IMG/VR virus record: IMGVR_UViG_3300028805_000037
Coordinates: 192,001 to 256,000 of that record
Direction: 5' to 3' (one strand)
DNA length: 64,000 nt
Origin: a virus
Lineage: Duplodnaviria; Caudoviricetes
Position numbers and translations under genes: made by a program. The notes under the pieces were generated by a model, which was not told the DNA's origin, did not search any database, and was given only the letters and a program-made list of their open reading frames with translations. Positions 9,092 to 18,808 of the stretch are shown piece after piece. Positions within the stretch are counted from its first letter, which is position 1; the number at the start of each line of letters is the position of its first letter.

Positions 9092-11353
9092 ATGAAAAAA
9101 ATAAGAGATAATATTTTAAGTTGGTGTAATAATCCAGAAGAAGGAGCTATTGAACAAGCACAGCATTTAGCTGAACATCCTTGGCTCGTTGGTAATGTTT
9201 GTTTAATGCCAGATACACATGCAGGAATGGGTATGCCAATTGGAGGTGTAGTTGCACTTGATAAAGCTATATGTCCTAATATGGTTGGTGTTGATATCGG
9301 ATGTTTTACTAAAGATACTAAAGTTGCTCTTGCTGATGGAAGAAATTTAACATTTGATGAATTAATAAAAGAATCTAACAAAGAACATTATGGTTATTCA
9401 ATTGATAAAAATGGAAATGTTCAAATTTCTAAATTAGAGTATCCTAGAAAAATTAGAAATGATAATAAATTATTGAAAATAACTTTAGATAATAATAAAA
9501 TTATTAAATGCACATTAGATCATATTTTTTATAAAAGAGATTGTTCACAAGTTGAAGCTAAAAATTTAAAAATTGGTGATTCATTATATCCATTTGACAT
9601 ACAATATGCTAAAAATGTTTTAAATAATGTTGGAAATGATGAGCATTTATGTATTTTTGATGGTAAAAAATCTGAATATGTATATATTCATATATTATCT
9701 GATGCTTATAATGAAAGACATAATTTAACACAAACATTTTATAAAAGAGGTTTTGTTAGACATCATAAAGATTTTAATAAATTTAATAATAATCCTACTA
9801 ATATAACAAGAATGTTATATGAAGATCATTTTAAAATACATGCAGATAATATTAAATATACTAATAAAATAGGTATTACTAGTTATATTGCAGCTAATAA
9901 AAAACATCCTGGACTTTATAAAAGAGCATCTATTAAAAGGGCACAGTCTACATGGCAAGGTAAAAATAAAATAATTAATAAAATTAAAGCTCAAAAACGT
10001 TTTGTTTTATTAAACAAATCGTATGAAATGAGAAGAAAAAATAGTGAAAGACAAAAATTATTTAATACTAATAAATTTTCAGAATTAAATTCACAAGAAT
10101 GGATGAAAAATAGAATAAAAATAGGTAAAATAAAAAAGATATTAAATTATTTAATACAAAATAATTTAGAAATTAATGAATACAATTATAATAATGCCAG
10201 AAAACATTTTTATAATTATAGTTTTTATTCTAAAGCAAAATCATTATTAAATTCTTTAGGTTTAACTTTTGAAAAAGTTGCTAATGGAGAAACTGTAAAA
10301 AATCATAAAATTATAAAAATTGAAGAAATTGCAGGTGAAGATGTTTATTGTTTAACTTGTAAAGAATTTGGAAATTTTGCATTAGAAGCAGGTGTTTTTG
10401 TACATAATTGCGGAATGTTGGCAGTAAGAACAAATTTAGAAGAAATATCAATAGAAAGTTTAAAACAAATATTAGGTAAAATAAGAGAAACAATACCATT
10501 AGGTTTTGACCATCATAAACAACCTCAACAACATGAAATTTTTGATTTACCTGATTGGGAAGAAACAATAATTTGTAAGCAAGAATATATTTCTGCACAA
10601 AAACAAATAGGAACTTTAGGTGGTGGTAATCACTTTATAGAGATACAAAAAGGTTCTGATGGTAATATATGGTTTATGATACATTCTGGCTCTAGAAATT
10701 TAGGGTATAAAGTTGCAAATTATTATAATAAAATTGCTAATGAATTATGTTTAAAATGGAAACAAGATAAAATAGTAAAAGATCAAATAGCTGTATTACC
10801 TATTGGAACAAAAGAAGCTAATGATTATATCAATGAAATGAATTTATGTTTAGCATTTTCTAATGCTAATAGAGAACTTATGTCAAATTTTATTAAAGAA
10901 ATATTTTATAAGGTTTTAGGTAATGATGTTCAATTTGATGAAGCTATAAATATTCAACATAATTATGCTATTATTGAAAATCATTATGGCAAAAATGTTT
11001 GGGTTCATAGAAAAGGTGCAACATTAGCAAGAAAAAATACTATTGGTATTATTCCTGGTTCACAAGGAACAAGTTCGTATATAGTTAAAGGCTTAGGTAA
11101 TGAAGCAAGCATGTGTTCTTGTTCACATGGTGCAGGTAGAAAAATGTCAAGGACTAAAGCAAAACAAGAACTTGACCTTAAAACTGAACAAGAAAAACTT
11201 GATAAAAAAGGTATATTACATGCTATTAGAGGTAAAAATGATTTAGAAGAAGCCAGTTCTGCATATAAAGATATAGATGTAGTGATGGAAGAACAAAAAG
11301 ACTTAGTTGAAATATTAATTAAATTACAACCACTTGCAGTGATAAAGGGATAA
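9092..11353 (+). CDS. rtcB: RtcB RNA ligase, intein-containing
   Basis: MPDTHAG, VGVDIG|CGM, GTLGGGNHFIE, HSGSR, HRKGA, PGSQG, SHGAGR, AYKDI. Confidence 0.95.
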   Translation: MKKIRDNILSWCNNPEEGAIEQAQHLAEHPWLVGNVCLMPDTHAGMGMPIGGVVALDKAICPNMVGVDIGCFTKDTKVALADGRNLTFDELIKESNKEHYGYSIDKNGNVQISKLEYPRKIRNDNKLLKITLDNNKIIKCTLDHIFYKRDCSQVEAKNLKIGDSLYPFDIQYAKNVLNNVGNDEHLCIFDGKKSEYVYIHILSDAYNERHNLTQTFYKRGFVRHHKDFNKFNNNPTNITRMLYEDHFKIHADNIKYTNKIGITSYIAANKKHPGLYKRASIKRAQSTWQGKNKIINKIKAQKRFVLLNKSYEMRRKNSERQKLFNTNKFSELNSQEWMKNRIKIGKIKKILNYLIQNNLEINEYNYNNARKHFYNYSFYSKAKSLLNSLGLTFEKVANGETVKNHKIIKIEEIAGEDVYCLTCKEFGNFALEAGVFVHNCGMLAVRTNLEEISIESLKQILGKIRETIPLGFDHHKQPQQHEIFDLPDWEETIICKQEYISAQKQIGTLGGGNHFIEIQKGSDGNIWFMIHSGSRNLGYKVANYYNKIANELCLKWKQDKIVKDQIAVLPIGTKEANDYINEMNLCLAFSNANRELMSNFIKEIFYKVLGNDVQFDEAINIQHNYAIIENHYGKNVWVHRKGATLARKNTIGIIPGSQGTSSYIVKGLGNEASMCSCSHGAGRKMSRTKAKQELDLKTEQEKLDKKGILHAIRGKNDLEEASSAYKDIDVVMEEQKDLVEILIKLQPLAVIKG
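9302..10408 (+). mobile_element. intein (369 aa) with HNH-type homing endonuclease in RtcB
   Basis: CFTKDTKV start, CTLDH block B, RHHKDFNKFNNNPTNI, VFVHN|C end. Confidence 0.92.
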
Positions 11354-11407
11354 TTATTAAATAATTATTTTGTTTGTAATTGTAATCAAAAAATTTAAGG
11401 TAGATAA

Positions 11408-11524
11408 ATGAAAGATTTAATTGAAATATTGATATATGGTTTAATTGCATTTTTAATTGTTTTTATAGGAATTGAATTAGCATCTGAGATGATTAGATTT
11501 ATAGTAATGAATAACATCTATTAA
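11408..11524 (+). CDS. 38 aa membrane peptide
   Basis: AAGG RBS; MKDLIEILIYGLIAFLIVFIGIELASEM... Confidence 0.5.
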   Translation: MKDLIEILIYGLIAFLIVFIGIELASEMIRFIVMNNIY

Positions 11525-11559
11525 AATTTTTATATAAAATATATATGTGAGGTTATGTA

Positions 11560-11745
11560 ATGAAAGTAAAACAAATTATAGAAAAATTACAAAAATATGA
11601 TGGTAATTGTGAATGCGAAATTTATGTTGCTAGTGGTTGTGAATCACAAAAAATTTTAAAAGTTAAAAAAAGTATTGTTGATAAAAATAAAGTTATTATT
11701 TTTCCAAAATATGTAATGACATCACATTTAATGGAGATAAAATGA
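11560..11745 (+). CDS. hypothetical protein
   Basis: GAGG RBS; MKVKQIIEKLQKY-type small phage protein. Confidence 0.65.
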   Translation: MKVKQIIEKLQKYDGNCECEIYVASGCESQKILKVKKSIVDKNKVIIFPKYVMTSHLMEIK

Positions 11746-12227
11746 AATACAAATTTAAAATAGATTATATGTCAGAAAATGATATTAGTATTTTTAAAGA
11801 TCAAATTGTTGATGTTAAAACTGTTTTTGATAATGAAAATAGTAAACCAGATTGTTTAATTGCTTGGGATGAAAAACAAGATGATGGATCATTTGTCAAA
11901 TATGAGACATATATTACATTAGAAGCATTACAATTTTGTACTGAACCTTATATAGATAAAGAAAAAGAAGTTAATTGCTATAAATGTATAAGATGGAAAA
12001 ATTGTTTAACAACAAATTATAATAATATGGGTGTTAAACATTGTGCTAGATATTTGGAGAATTGTTTTTATTTAACAGATAAAGATATCGAAAATGTATG
12101 TAAAAAATGTATGAAAAATCCTAATCAATGTTCTAACGCTAATCAAAGAGAAAAATGTAAATGGAATTTTGATGAAGAAGGCAAACCTAAAAAAGAAATA
12201 AAAGGTATAGATTATGTTTCAAGATAA
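11742..12227 (+). CDS. Cys-rich hypothetical protein
   Basis: ORF with CxxC pairs, coupled to neighbours. Confidence 0.7.
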   Translation: MKYKFKIDYMSENDISIFKDQIVDVKTVFDNENSKPDCLIAWDEKQDDGSFVKYETYITLEALQFCTEPYIDKEKEVNCYKCIRWKNCLTTNYNNMGVKHCARYLENCFYLTDKDIENVCKKCMKNPNQCSNANQREKCKWNFDEEGKPKKEIKGIDYVSR

Positions 12228-12945
12228 AATTTTAGATAAATATAAATTTTTATTAAAAAGTAATTGTCAAATATGTAAAAATTTAGATGAATTATGTCAA
12301 AATTGTTTTAACAAATTATTAAATGCACAAAGATATATTAATTCTGGTATACCTTTAAAATATATAGATTTACCTTTAGATGTATTTAATAAAAATGTTA
12401 ATGAAAATAATAAAACAGTAAGTGAAACTATAATTAGAAAAAGAAATGATGTTTATAATAATGTAGTAAATTATATTAATAATATACAATATAATATAAA
12501 TTTAGGTAAAGGTATATTATTTTATGGTAGTTTTGGAACAGGTAAGTCTACATTAAGTATGAACATAGCAAAAGTAGCTTGTGATATAAATTTTAAATGT
12601 AAAGTGAGAGAATTTAGTGAAATAGTTAAGATATCACAAACAGGAACAGAAATTGATAGTGAACAACCTTGTGATATACTTAATGAAATAACAAATTGTG
12701 ATTTATATTGTATTGAAAATATAGATTATGTTTATGCGAAAAAAGAATCTGATTTTGTTAAAATGTTATTTGATAATATAATAAGTTTAGCAAATAAGTA
12801 TTCAATATCATTAATAATAACTACAAATATGAAACCAATTGAAATGAATAAAAGATTTAATGAACATGTATATTCAGTTTTACATGAAATATGTAATGTA
12901 TATGAAGTTCCAGGCTTAGATGTAAGATTAAATAATAAAAAGTAA
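12214..12945 (+). CDS. DnaC/IstB-like AAA+ helicase loader
   Basis: N-terminal Zn-binding Cys, SGIP, YGSFGTGKS, IITTN, GLDVR. Confidence 0.85.
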   Translation: MFQDKILDKYKFLLKSNCQICKNLDELCQNCFNKLLNAQRYINSGIPLKYIDLPLDVFNKNVNENNKTVSETIIRKRNDVYNNVVNYINNIQYNINLGKGILFYGSFGTGKSTLSMNIAKVACDINFKCKVREFSEIVKISQTGTEIDSEQPCDILNEITNCDLYCIENIDYVYAKKESDFVKMLFDNIISLANKYSISLIITTNMKPIEMNKRFNEHVYSVLHEICNVYEVPGLDVRLNNKK

Positions 12946-12965
12946 AATTTTATATAATATATAAA
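12944..12965 (+). promoter_or_regulatory. phage promoter class B (variant)
   Basis: AAAATTTTATATAATATATAAA. Confidence 0.55.
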
Positions 12966-12992
12966 TGTGGAAAATATAAAGGAGAATATAAA

Positions 12993-13193
12993 ATGGCCGA
13001 TAATATCAAAGATAAAGAAATTGATATGAAAGTAAAAGAAGCAGATGTTACAGTAACATTGTTTAATGATAAGAAAGAAGTTTTTAAACATGCAAATGTT
13101 ATATTTTCAGCTGCTAATTTTATTAGATTCACAACAGGAAATCAATACATAGCCTATTCTGGAAATTTTAAAACAGAAAGGGAATTAAATTAA
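12993..13193 (+). CDS. hypothetical protein
   Basis: AAGGAG RBS. Confidence 0.7.
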   Translation: MADNIKDKEIDMKVKEADVTVTLFNDKKEVFKHANVIFSAANFIRFTTGNQYIAYSGNFKTERELN

Positions 13194-13207
13194 AAGGAGA
13201 AGAAGAA

Positions 13208-13927
13208 ATGGTAAAAACTTTAGAAGAAATGTTAAAAGAAAATGGTATTAACACAAATCAAGAACAAAAAGCAGCACAACCTCAACAGCAAGTAGTAAAT
13301 CAACAGCCTCCAAATTTTGTACCTTCAGCGGAATATGTTATTCCAACACAACAAGTTCCAACACAAGTTGTAACTCAACAAGCACAACAACCTCAACAAC
13401 CTCAACAACCTCAACAACCTCAACAACAAGTGGTTCCAGTACAAACTTATAATGGACAACCTCAACAGCAACAAGGTAATTTTTATAGACCAACTGTTTT
13501 AATGTCAAGTGAAGACGTAAGTAATCTTGATATAAAGAAATTTTTAGGAGATGCAACAGGTGGTGGAGTAAAATTAGAAGAAGATTTTTATCTTGTTGAA
13601 TGTGTAGGAATAGAATTGATAAAAGATAAAGATTTTAATTCTGGACTTGAAGTAAATAAATATAGATTTTCATTAAAAGTTTTATCTTCATCTAGTGGAA
13701 CACCAATTGATGGAGTAGTATTGCATAAGAAAACATCTTTAAGTTTCGGTGATAGATCAAATAATTATGCAATATATAAAGCTTTTATGGGACATGTTCC
13801 ACAAGGCAAATATAATATACTTGAATGTAAAGGTAAAAGGTGTATGATAAGAGTTGAAAATAAACCTTCAAATACTGGTGGAACATTTTCAGTTATAACT
13901 TTATTTGCACCAGCACCAAAAAAATAA
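13208..13927 (+). CDS. putative ssDNA-binding/recombination protein with Q/P-rich N-terminal arm
   Basis: C-terminal beta-rich OB-like domain; immediately upstream of recA. Confidence 0.5.
   Translation: MVKTLEEMLKENGINTNQEQKAAQPQQQVVNQQPPNFVPSAEYVIPTQQVPTQVVTQQAQQPQQPQQPQQPQQQVVPVQTYNGQPQQQQGNFYRPTVLMSSEDVSNLDIKKFLGDATGGGVKLEEDFYLVECVGIELIKDKDFNSGLEVNKYRFSLKVLSSSSGTPIDGVVLHKKTSLSFGDRSNNYAIYKAFMGHVPQGKYNILECKGKRCMIRVENKPSNTGGTFSVITLFAPAPKK
13385..13429 (+). repeat. (CAACAACCT)x4 coding repeat (QQP)
   Basis: read directly. Confidence 0.9.
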
Positions 13928-13937
13928 TAAAAATTTT

Positions 13938-13975
13938 ATATGGAAGAGAAAATAAAAAATTCTCTTCCATATTTG
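13938..13975 (+). terminator. stem-loop / intrinsic terminator
   Basis: ATATGGAAGAGAA...TTCTCTTCCATAT followed by a short T run. Confidence 0.65.
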
Positions 13976-14000
13976 TCAATTAAAATAGAAGGAGAAATAT

Positions 14001-15071
14001 ATGGAAAAGAATAATAAATTAATGGATGCAATTAAACTTATTAATAAAAAATATTCTAAAGAAAATGGTGGTGATGTAATAAGTTTAGATGTAAAACCAA
14101 TTAATAAAATTACATCTGGAAGTATAGCAATTGATGCTGCAACAAATTCTTGTGGAATTCCTGAAGGAAGAATCTATGAATTTTTTGGTAAAGAATCTTC
14201 TGGAAAAACAACAATAGCTTTAATTATAGCTCAAGAATATTTAAAAAATAATAAAAATGTTTTATATATAGATGCAGAACAAGCTTTTGATCCACAATGG
14301 GCAAAAAAGATTGGAGTAGATGTAAATAATGAAAATTTTATTTTAGTTCAAGAATATATACTCGAAAATGTATTTAATATAATACAAACAATGATTGAAG
14401 AAGGTGACGTTAAATTAGTTATTGTTGATAGTTTAGCGGCACTTGCTCCTAAAGATGATAGAGTTATGGATGATCCAGCATCAGGTGGTATGCCAATTAA
14501 AGCTAAAATATTAAATAGATTATTAAGAATATTAACTCCAATTGCAGCACAAAATAATGCAAATGTTATATTTATAAATCATGAAATGGAAGATATAGGC
14601 AAAATGGGTTTTGGTGAACGCACTACGACTCCAGGAGGAAAAGCGTTGAAATTCTTTTCTTCAATGAGATTAAGAGTAATAAGAATAGGAACAGAAAAAG
14701 ATAAAAATGATGTAAAAATACAAAATAGAATAAAACTTAGTTTTGTTAAAAATAAAGTTGGTAAACCTTTCGGAGAAAGTGAATTAACATTAAATTTTGA
14801 TAAAGGCTTAGATAAAGTTAGAGAAATTATTGATTTTGCTATAAATTATGATATAATACAGAAAAAAGGAACAAGATCATATTTGTATAATAATGAACAA
14901 ATAGCTAGTTCATTTAAAGAATTATATGAAAAGATTAATAGTGACATAAATTTTCAAAAAGAGCTTAAAGATAAGATTTATATTATAATGAAAGATAAAG
15001 TTGTTTTAAATAATGAATCTGAAGTTCAGGATGAAAAAGAAGAAGTAATAGAACAAATAGAAAAGGAATAA
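14001..15071 (+). CDS. recA: RecA recombinase
   Basis: GKESSGKTT, IDAEQA, VDSLAAL, TTPGGKALKFFSS, KNKVGKPF. Confidence 0.95.
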   Translation: MEKNNKLMDAIKLINKKYSKENGGDVISLDVKPINKITSGSIAIDAATNSCGIPEGRIYEFFGKESSGKTTIALIIAQEYLKNNKNVLYIDAEQAFDPQWAKKIGVDVNNENFILVQEYILENVFNIIQTMIEEGDVKLVIVDSLAALAPKDDRVMDDPASGGMPIKAKILNRLLRILTPIAAQNNANVIFINHEMEDIGKMGFGERTTTPGGKALKFFSSMRLRVIRIGTEKDKNDVKIQNRIKLSFVKNKVGKPFGESELTLNFDKGLDKVREIIDFAINYDIIQKKGTRSYLYNNEQIASSFKELYEKINSDINFQKELKDKIYIIMKDKVVLNNESEVQDEKEEVIEQIEKE

Positions 15072-15078
15072 GAATAAG

Positions 15079-15102
15079 AATTTTATATAATATATTATAA
15101 AA
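15079..15102 (+). promoter_or_regulatory. phage promoter class B
   Basis: AATTTTATATAATATATTATAAAA before dnaE. Confidence 0.7.
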
Positions 15103-15119
15103 TTAAATAGAAACAATTT

Positions 15120-18100
15120 ATGGAAAATACTTATAGTTTAATTCATTGTCATACATATTTTTCTTTTGCTGATTCAGTAATAGATCCAAAAAGATTAGTG
15201 AAAAGGTTAAAAGAGTGTAATATTAATAAAGTAGCTTTAACAGATCATGGTAATTTACACTGTATATATAGATTTGGCAAAGTATTAAAAGAAAATAATA
15301 TTACATATTTTCCAGGTTGTGAATTTTATTTTACAAATGATGTAAAACTTAAAGATAATGAACATAGAAAATCATATCATTTAATTATTATAGCAAAATC
15401 TGAAAAAGGCTTAAAGAATCTTTACAAATTATCATCGTTATCATATATTGATGGTTTTTATTATAAACCAAGAATTGATTATGAATATCTTAAACAATAT
15501 AATGAAGATTTAGTATGTTCTTCTGCTTGCATTCAAGGTATTATTGGTAGTTTAATACTTGAAGATAAATATGAAGAAGCTAAAATTGAAGCACAAAAAT
15601 TTAAAGATATTTTTGGAGATAGATTTTATATTGAAATAATGCCACATAATCTTCCAGAGCAAGTAAAAGCTAATATACAATTAATTAAATTATCACAAGA
15701 ATTAAATATTAAATTAGTTGCTAGTAATGATTGTCATTTAATAAATAGAGAAGATGCAGAATATAGAAGATTTTTAATGTTAATGTCAAAAGCAAGTTGG
15801 GCTAAAACTGATGAAGATCTTGGTAAATTAGATTCTATATGTATAATGAATAAAAATGATTTAAAAAGAGAATTTATTATAAATAATTCAGAAATTAATG
15901 AAAATATTATTGAAGAAGCTATTAATAATACAAATGAAATGTTAAGTGGTGAACAAATTAAATTAGTAGATGAACAAATTAAATTACCATCTTATGGAAC
16001 TGAACAAGAAATAGAAAAAAAGATGTTAATTTCAATAATGAATTCATTAAAAGAAAAAAATCTTTTTAATAATAAAAAATATACTGAAAGAGCAGCTTAT
16101 GAATTTGAAGTAATTAAAAAAGCAGGTTTTATTAATTATTTTTTAGTTGTTCAGGAATTATTTGATTGGTGTAGAAAAAATAATATAATAACCGGATTCG
16201 CAAGAGGGAGTTGTGGGGGTTCTTTAATTGCATATCTTTTAGGTATAACAAAAATAGATCCGTTAAAATTTGATTTAATTTTTGAAAGATTTTATAATGC
16301 TGGTAGAACTGGTATTGGAGCAGCTCCAGATATTGATAGCGATTTTGAAGATGAACGTAGATCTGAAGTTATTAAACATCTTGAAGATAAATATGGAAAA
16401 GAAAATATATCACAAATATGTAATATAAGTGAAATAAAAATAAAAACTGGTATAAGAGATTGTGCAAGAGTTTTAAATATACCATTAAATATAGTTAATA
16501 AAATTTCTTCAGATGTTGAATGGGATTCTTTTGAAGCATTAGAAGATGCAGAAGAAATGAATCCAAAAGCAGCTGAATATATAAAACAATATTCTGAATT
16601 ATTTTCAAAAGTTAGATATTTTTTAAATTTTCCAAGACATATAGGTAAACATGCTGCAGGAATTGTTATATCATCAGAAAATATTGGTAATGTTTGTCCT
16701 ATGATGATAACAAAAGTAAAAGATGAATCTTTTTCTTTAAGTCAATTTGATAAAATAGATATCCCAAATACAGGTTTAATTAAATTTGATATTTTAGGTC
16801 TATCAACTTTAACATTTTTAAAACATATAATAAAAGCTATAAAAGAAGACTGTAATAAAGTTATTAATATGGATGAGATAGATTTAAATGATAAAAATAT
16901 TTATAGAGTTGTATTTAGTAATGGTATAACAGATAATGTTTTTCAGTTTGAATCTCCAGGAATGAAAATGTATTTACAAAAAATGAAACCTGAAACATTT
17001 GAAGATATAACAGTTTTAAATTCATTGTATAGACCAGCTGGTTTAATATCAGGTGCACTTGATAATTATATTAATAATAAATTGACTGGAACAGAAGTTA
17101 AAACTGGAATAAATGAACTTGATGAAATATTACGTAAAACAAGATATGTTATAGCTTTTGATGAACAAAAAATGCAAATAGTATCTAAATTTGGAGATTA
17201 TGATCCTGCAGAAACAAATTATTTTAGAAAACATTCAGATGAATTTCATGAAGATAAATATTTAGAAGATGGTAAAAAATATAAAGAAAAATTTATAAAC
17301 AATGCAATAAAGCATGGTTTAGATTCAGAAATGGCAAATAGATTATTTGAGGGTATGTGTGGTTATGCATTTTGTAGAGCTCATTCAGTTGCATATTCAA
17401 TATTAAGTTATTTATGCGCATGGTTTAAATATTATTATCCTTTACAATTTTTAAAAGCATCATTTTATATGTCAAAAAATGTAGATGATTCAAAATATAG
17501 TACAATAACTGCATTAAAAATGGCAAGACAATTTAATTTAAAGATAAAATCTCCAGATATTAACAAATCAAAAATGAGTTTTAATTTTATAGATGATAAT
17601 ATTTATTGGGGTTTAGTAAATGTTAAGGGTATAAGTACAGAAACAGCAAAGAAAATAGTAGAAATGCAACCATTTAGTTCATTTAATGATTTTGTTAGTA
17701 AATGTAAAGCAAAAAAGATAACAAAAAGAACAATACAACCATTAATTTTAATAGGTGCTTTTAATGAATTACCAAATTATAAGCAAGAAATAATTGAATG
17801 GTATAAAAATAGTAAATATAAAGAAAATATTGAAGAAATGTTACAAAAACCTTCTATGACTTATGAAACCGAATATTTAGGTTTAGTATTAAATAGTGAT
17901 ATTGATAGAAGTGATCCAAGATTAATGAATTGTATAAATCCAGATAAAATTAATGATCTTCCAGATAATTCTGAGTGTATAATTGTAGGTTATCTTGTAG
18001 ATATGAAAATTTTAAAAAGTAAATCTAATAAAATGTATGGTAAAATATTTATTGTAGATGATTATTTTAATAATTATGAATTAATTACTAGTGATAAATC

Positions 18101-18215
18101 AATAGAAGATATACAAATGAGGTGTGAAATAGGTGATTTAGTATTATGTGGAATAAAAAAATTAGAAACTAATAGATATTCATTAAATCGTTCACAATTA
18201 GTAAAATTTCAATAA
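15120..18215 (+). CDS. dnaE: DNA polymerase III alpha subunit (family C)
   Basis: PHP domain HCHTYFS/TDHG, RGS, PDIDSDF, HAAG, KFDILGL, YAFCRAHS. Confidence 0.95.
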   Translation: MENTYSLIHCHTYFSFADSVIDPKRLVKRLKECNINKVALTDHGNLHCIYRFGKVLKENNITYFPGCEFYFTNDVKLKDNEHRKSYHLIIIAKSEKGLKNLYKLSSLSYIDGFYYKPRIDYEYLKQYNEDLVCSSACIQGIIGSLILEDKYEEAKIEAQKFKDIFGDRFYIEIMPHNLPEQVKANIQLIKLSQELNIKLVASNDCHLINREDAEYRRFLMLMSKASWAKTDEDLGKLDSICIMNKNDLKREFIINNSEINENIIEEAINNTNEMLSGEQIKLVDEQIKLPSYGTEQEIEKKMLISIMNSLKEKNLFNNKKYTERAAYEFEVIKKAGFINYFLVVQELFDWCRKNNIITGFARGSCGGSLIAYLLGITKIDPLKFDLIFERFYNAGRTGIGAAPDIDSDFEDERRSEVIKHLEDKYGKENISQICNISEIKIKTGIRDCARVLNIPLNIVNKISSDVEWDSFEALEDAEEMNPKAAEYIKQYSELFSKVRYFLNFPRHIGKHAAGIVISSENIGNVCPMMITKVKDESFSLSQFDKIDIPNTGLIKFDILGLSTLTFLKHIIKAIKEDCNKVINMDEIDLNDKNIYRVVFSNGITDNVFQFESPGMKMYLQKMKPETFEDITVLNSLYRPAGLISGALDNYINNKLTGTEVKTGINELDEILRKTRYVIAFDEQKMQIVSKFGDYDPAETNYFRKHSDEFHEDKYLEDGKKYKEKFINNAIKHGLDSEMANRLFEGMCGYAFCRAHSVAYSILSYLCAWFKYYYPLQFLKASFYMSKNVDDSKYSTITALKMARQFNLKIKSPDINKSKMSFNFIDDNIYWGLVNVKGISTETAKKIVEMQPFSSFNDFVSKCKAKKITKRTIQPLILIGAFNELPNYKQEIIEWYKNSKYKENIEEMLQKPSMTYETEYLGLVLNSDIDRSDPRLMNCINPDKINDLPDNSECIIVGYLVDMKILKSKSNKMYGKIFIVDDYFNNYELITSDKSIEDIQMRCEIGDLVLCGIKKLETNRYSLNRSQLVKFQ

Positions 18216-18219
18216 TTTT

Positions 18220-18247
18220 AAAAATTTTATATAATATATTATAAAAA
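18220..18247 (+). promoter_or_regulatory. phage promoter class B
   Basis: exact motif before AAGGAG. Confidence 0.7.
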
Positions 18248-18265
18248 TATTTAAAGGAGTAATAT

Positions 18266-18808
18266 ATGGATAATTTTGTAATTGTAAAACAATATACATT
18301 TAACCCTAAATTTACTAGTAATATTGATTTTTTAGTTAAAAATCAACAAAAAACATTTACAACAAAAGGTTTAAATCCAGTACAAGTTAATAATAAATCA
18401 GAAACATTAAAGAATTATAATTTAACTTGGGAATATGATTGCAAAAAACGTTTGACTTTTATTACTGGTAAATTAATTAATATAGCTAATTGGATTACTA
18501 ATTATTATGATATTAATTGTTCACTTTCAGATACAATAAAATATATTAATAAGTTGCAAAAGCAACAGAATGAAAATAAAATAAAAAAGGAGAAGAAAGA
18601 AATGGTTAAAAAACAGCAAACAAAGTTAGAAAAAGTATTTAATTTATTAAAAAGCGGTAAAAAGGTAAAAATTCAAACGATTGCTAAAAAAGTTTATGGT
18701 AGTGATAGTGAATATTCTATAAAGAAAGCAAGAACAGCTATTTCTGATTTAAGGACAAGTAAAGGTTATGAAATTCAACTTGTAGGAAAAGGAATTTATC
18801 AACTCTAA
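18266..18808 (+). CDS. hypothetical protein with C-terminal winged-HTH-like domain
   Basis: IQTIAKKVYG...ARTAISDLR...GIYQL; possible internal start after AAGGAG at 18602. Confidence 0.6.
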   Translation: MDNFVIVKQYTFNPKFTSNIDFLVKNQQKTFTTKGLNPVQVNNKSETLKNYNLTWEYDCKKRLTFITGKLINIANWITNYYDINCSLSDTIKYINKLQKQQNENKIKKEKKEMVKKQQTKLEKVFNLLKSGKKVKIQTIAKKVYGSDSEYSIKKARTAISDLRTSKGYEIQLVGKGIYQL

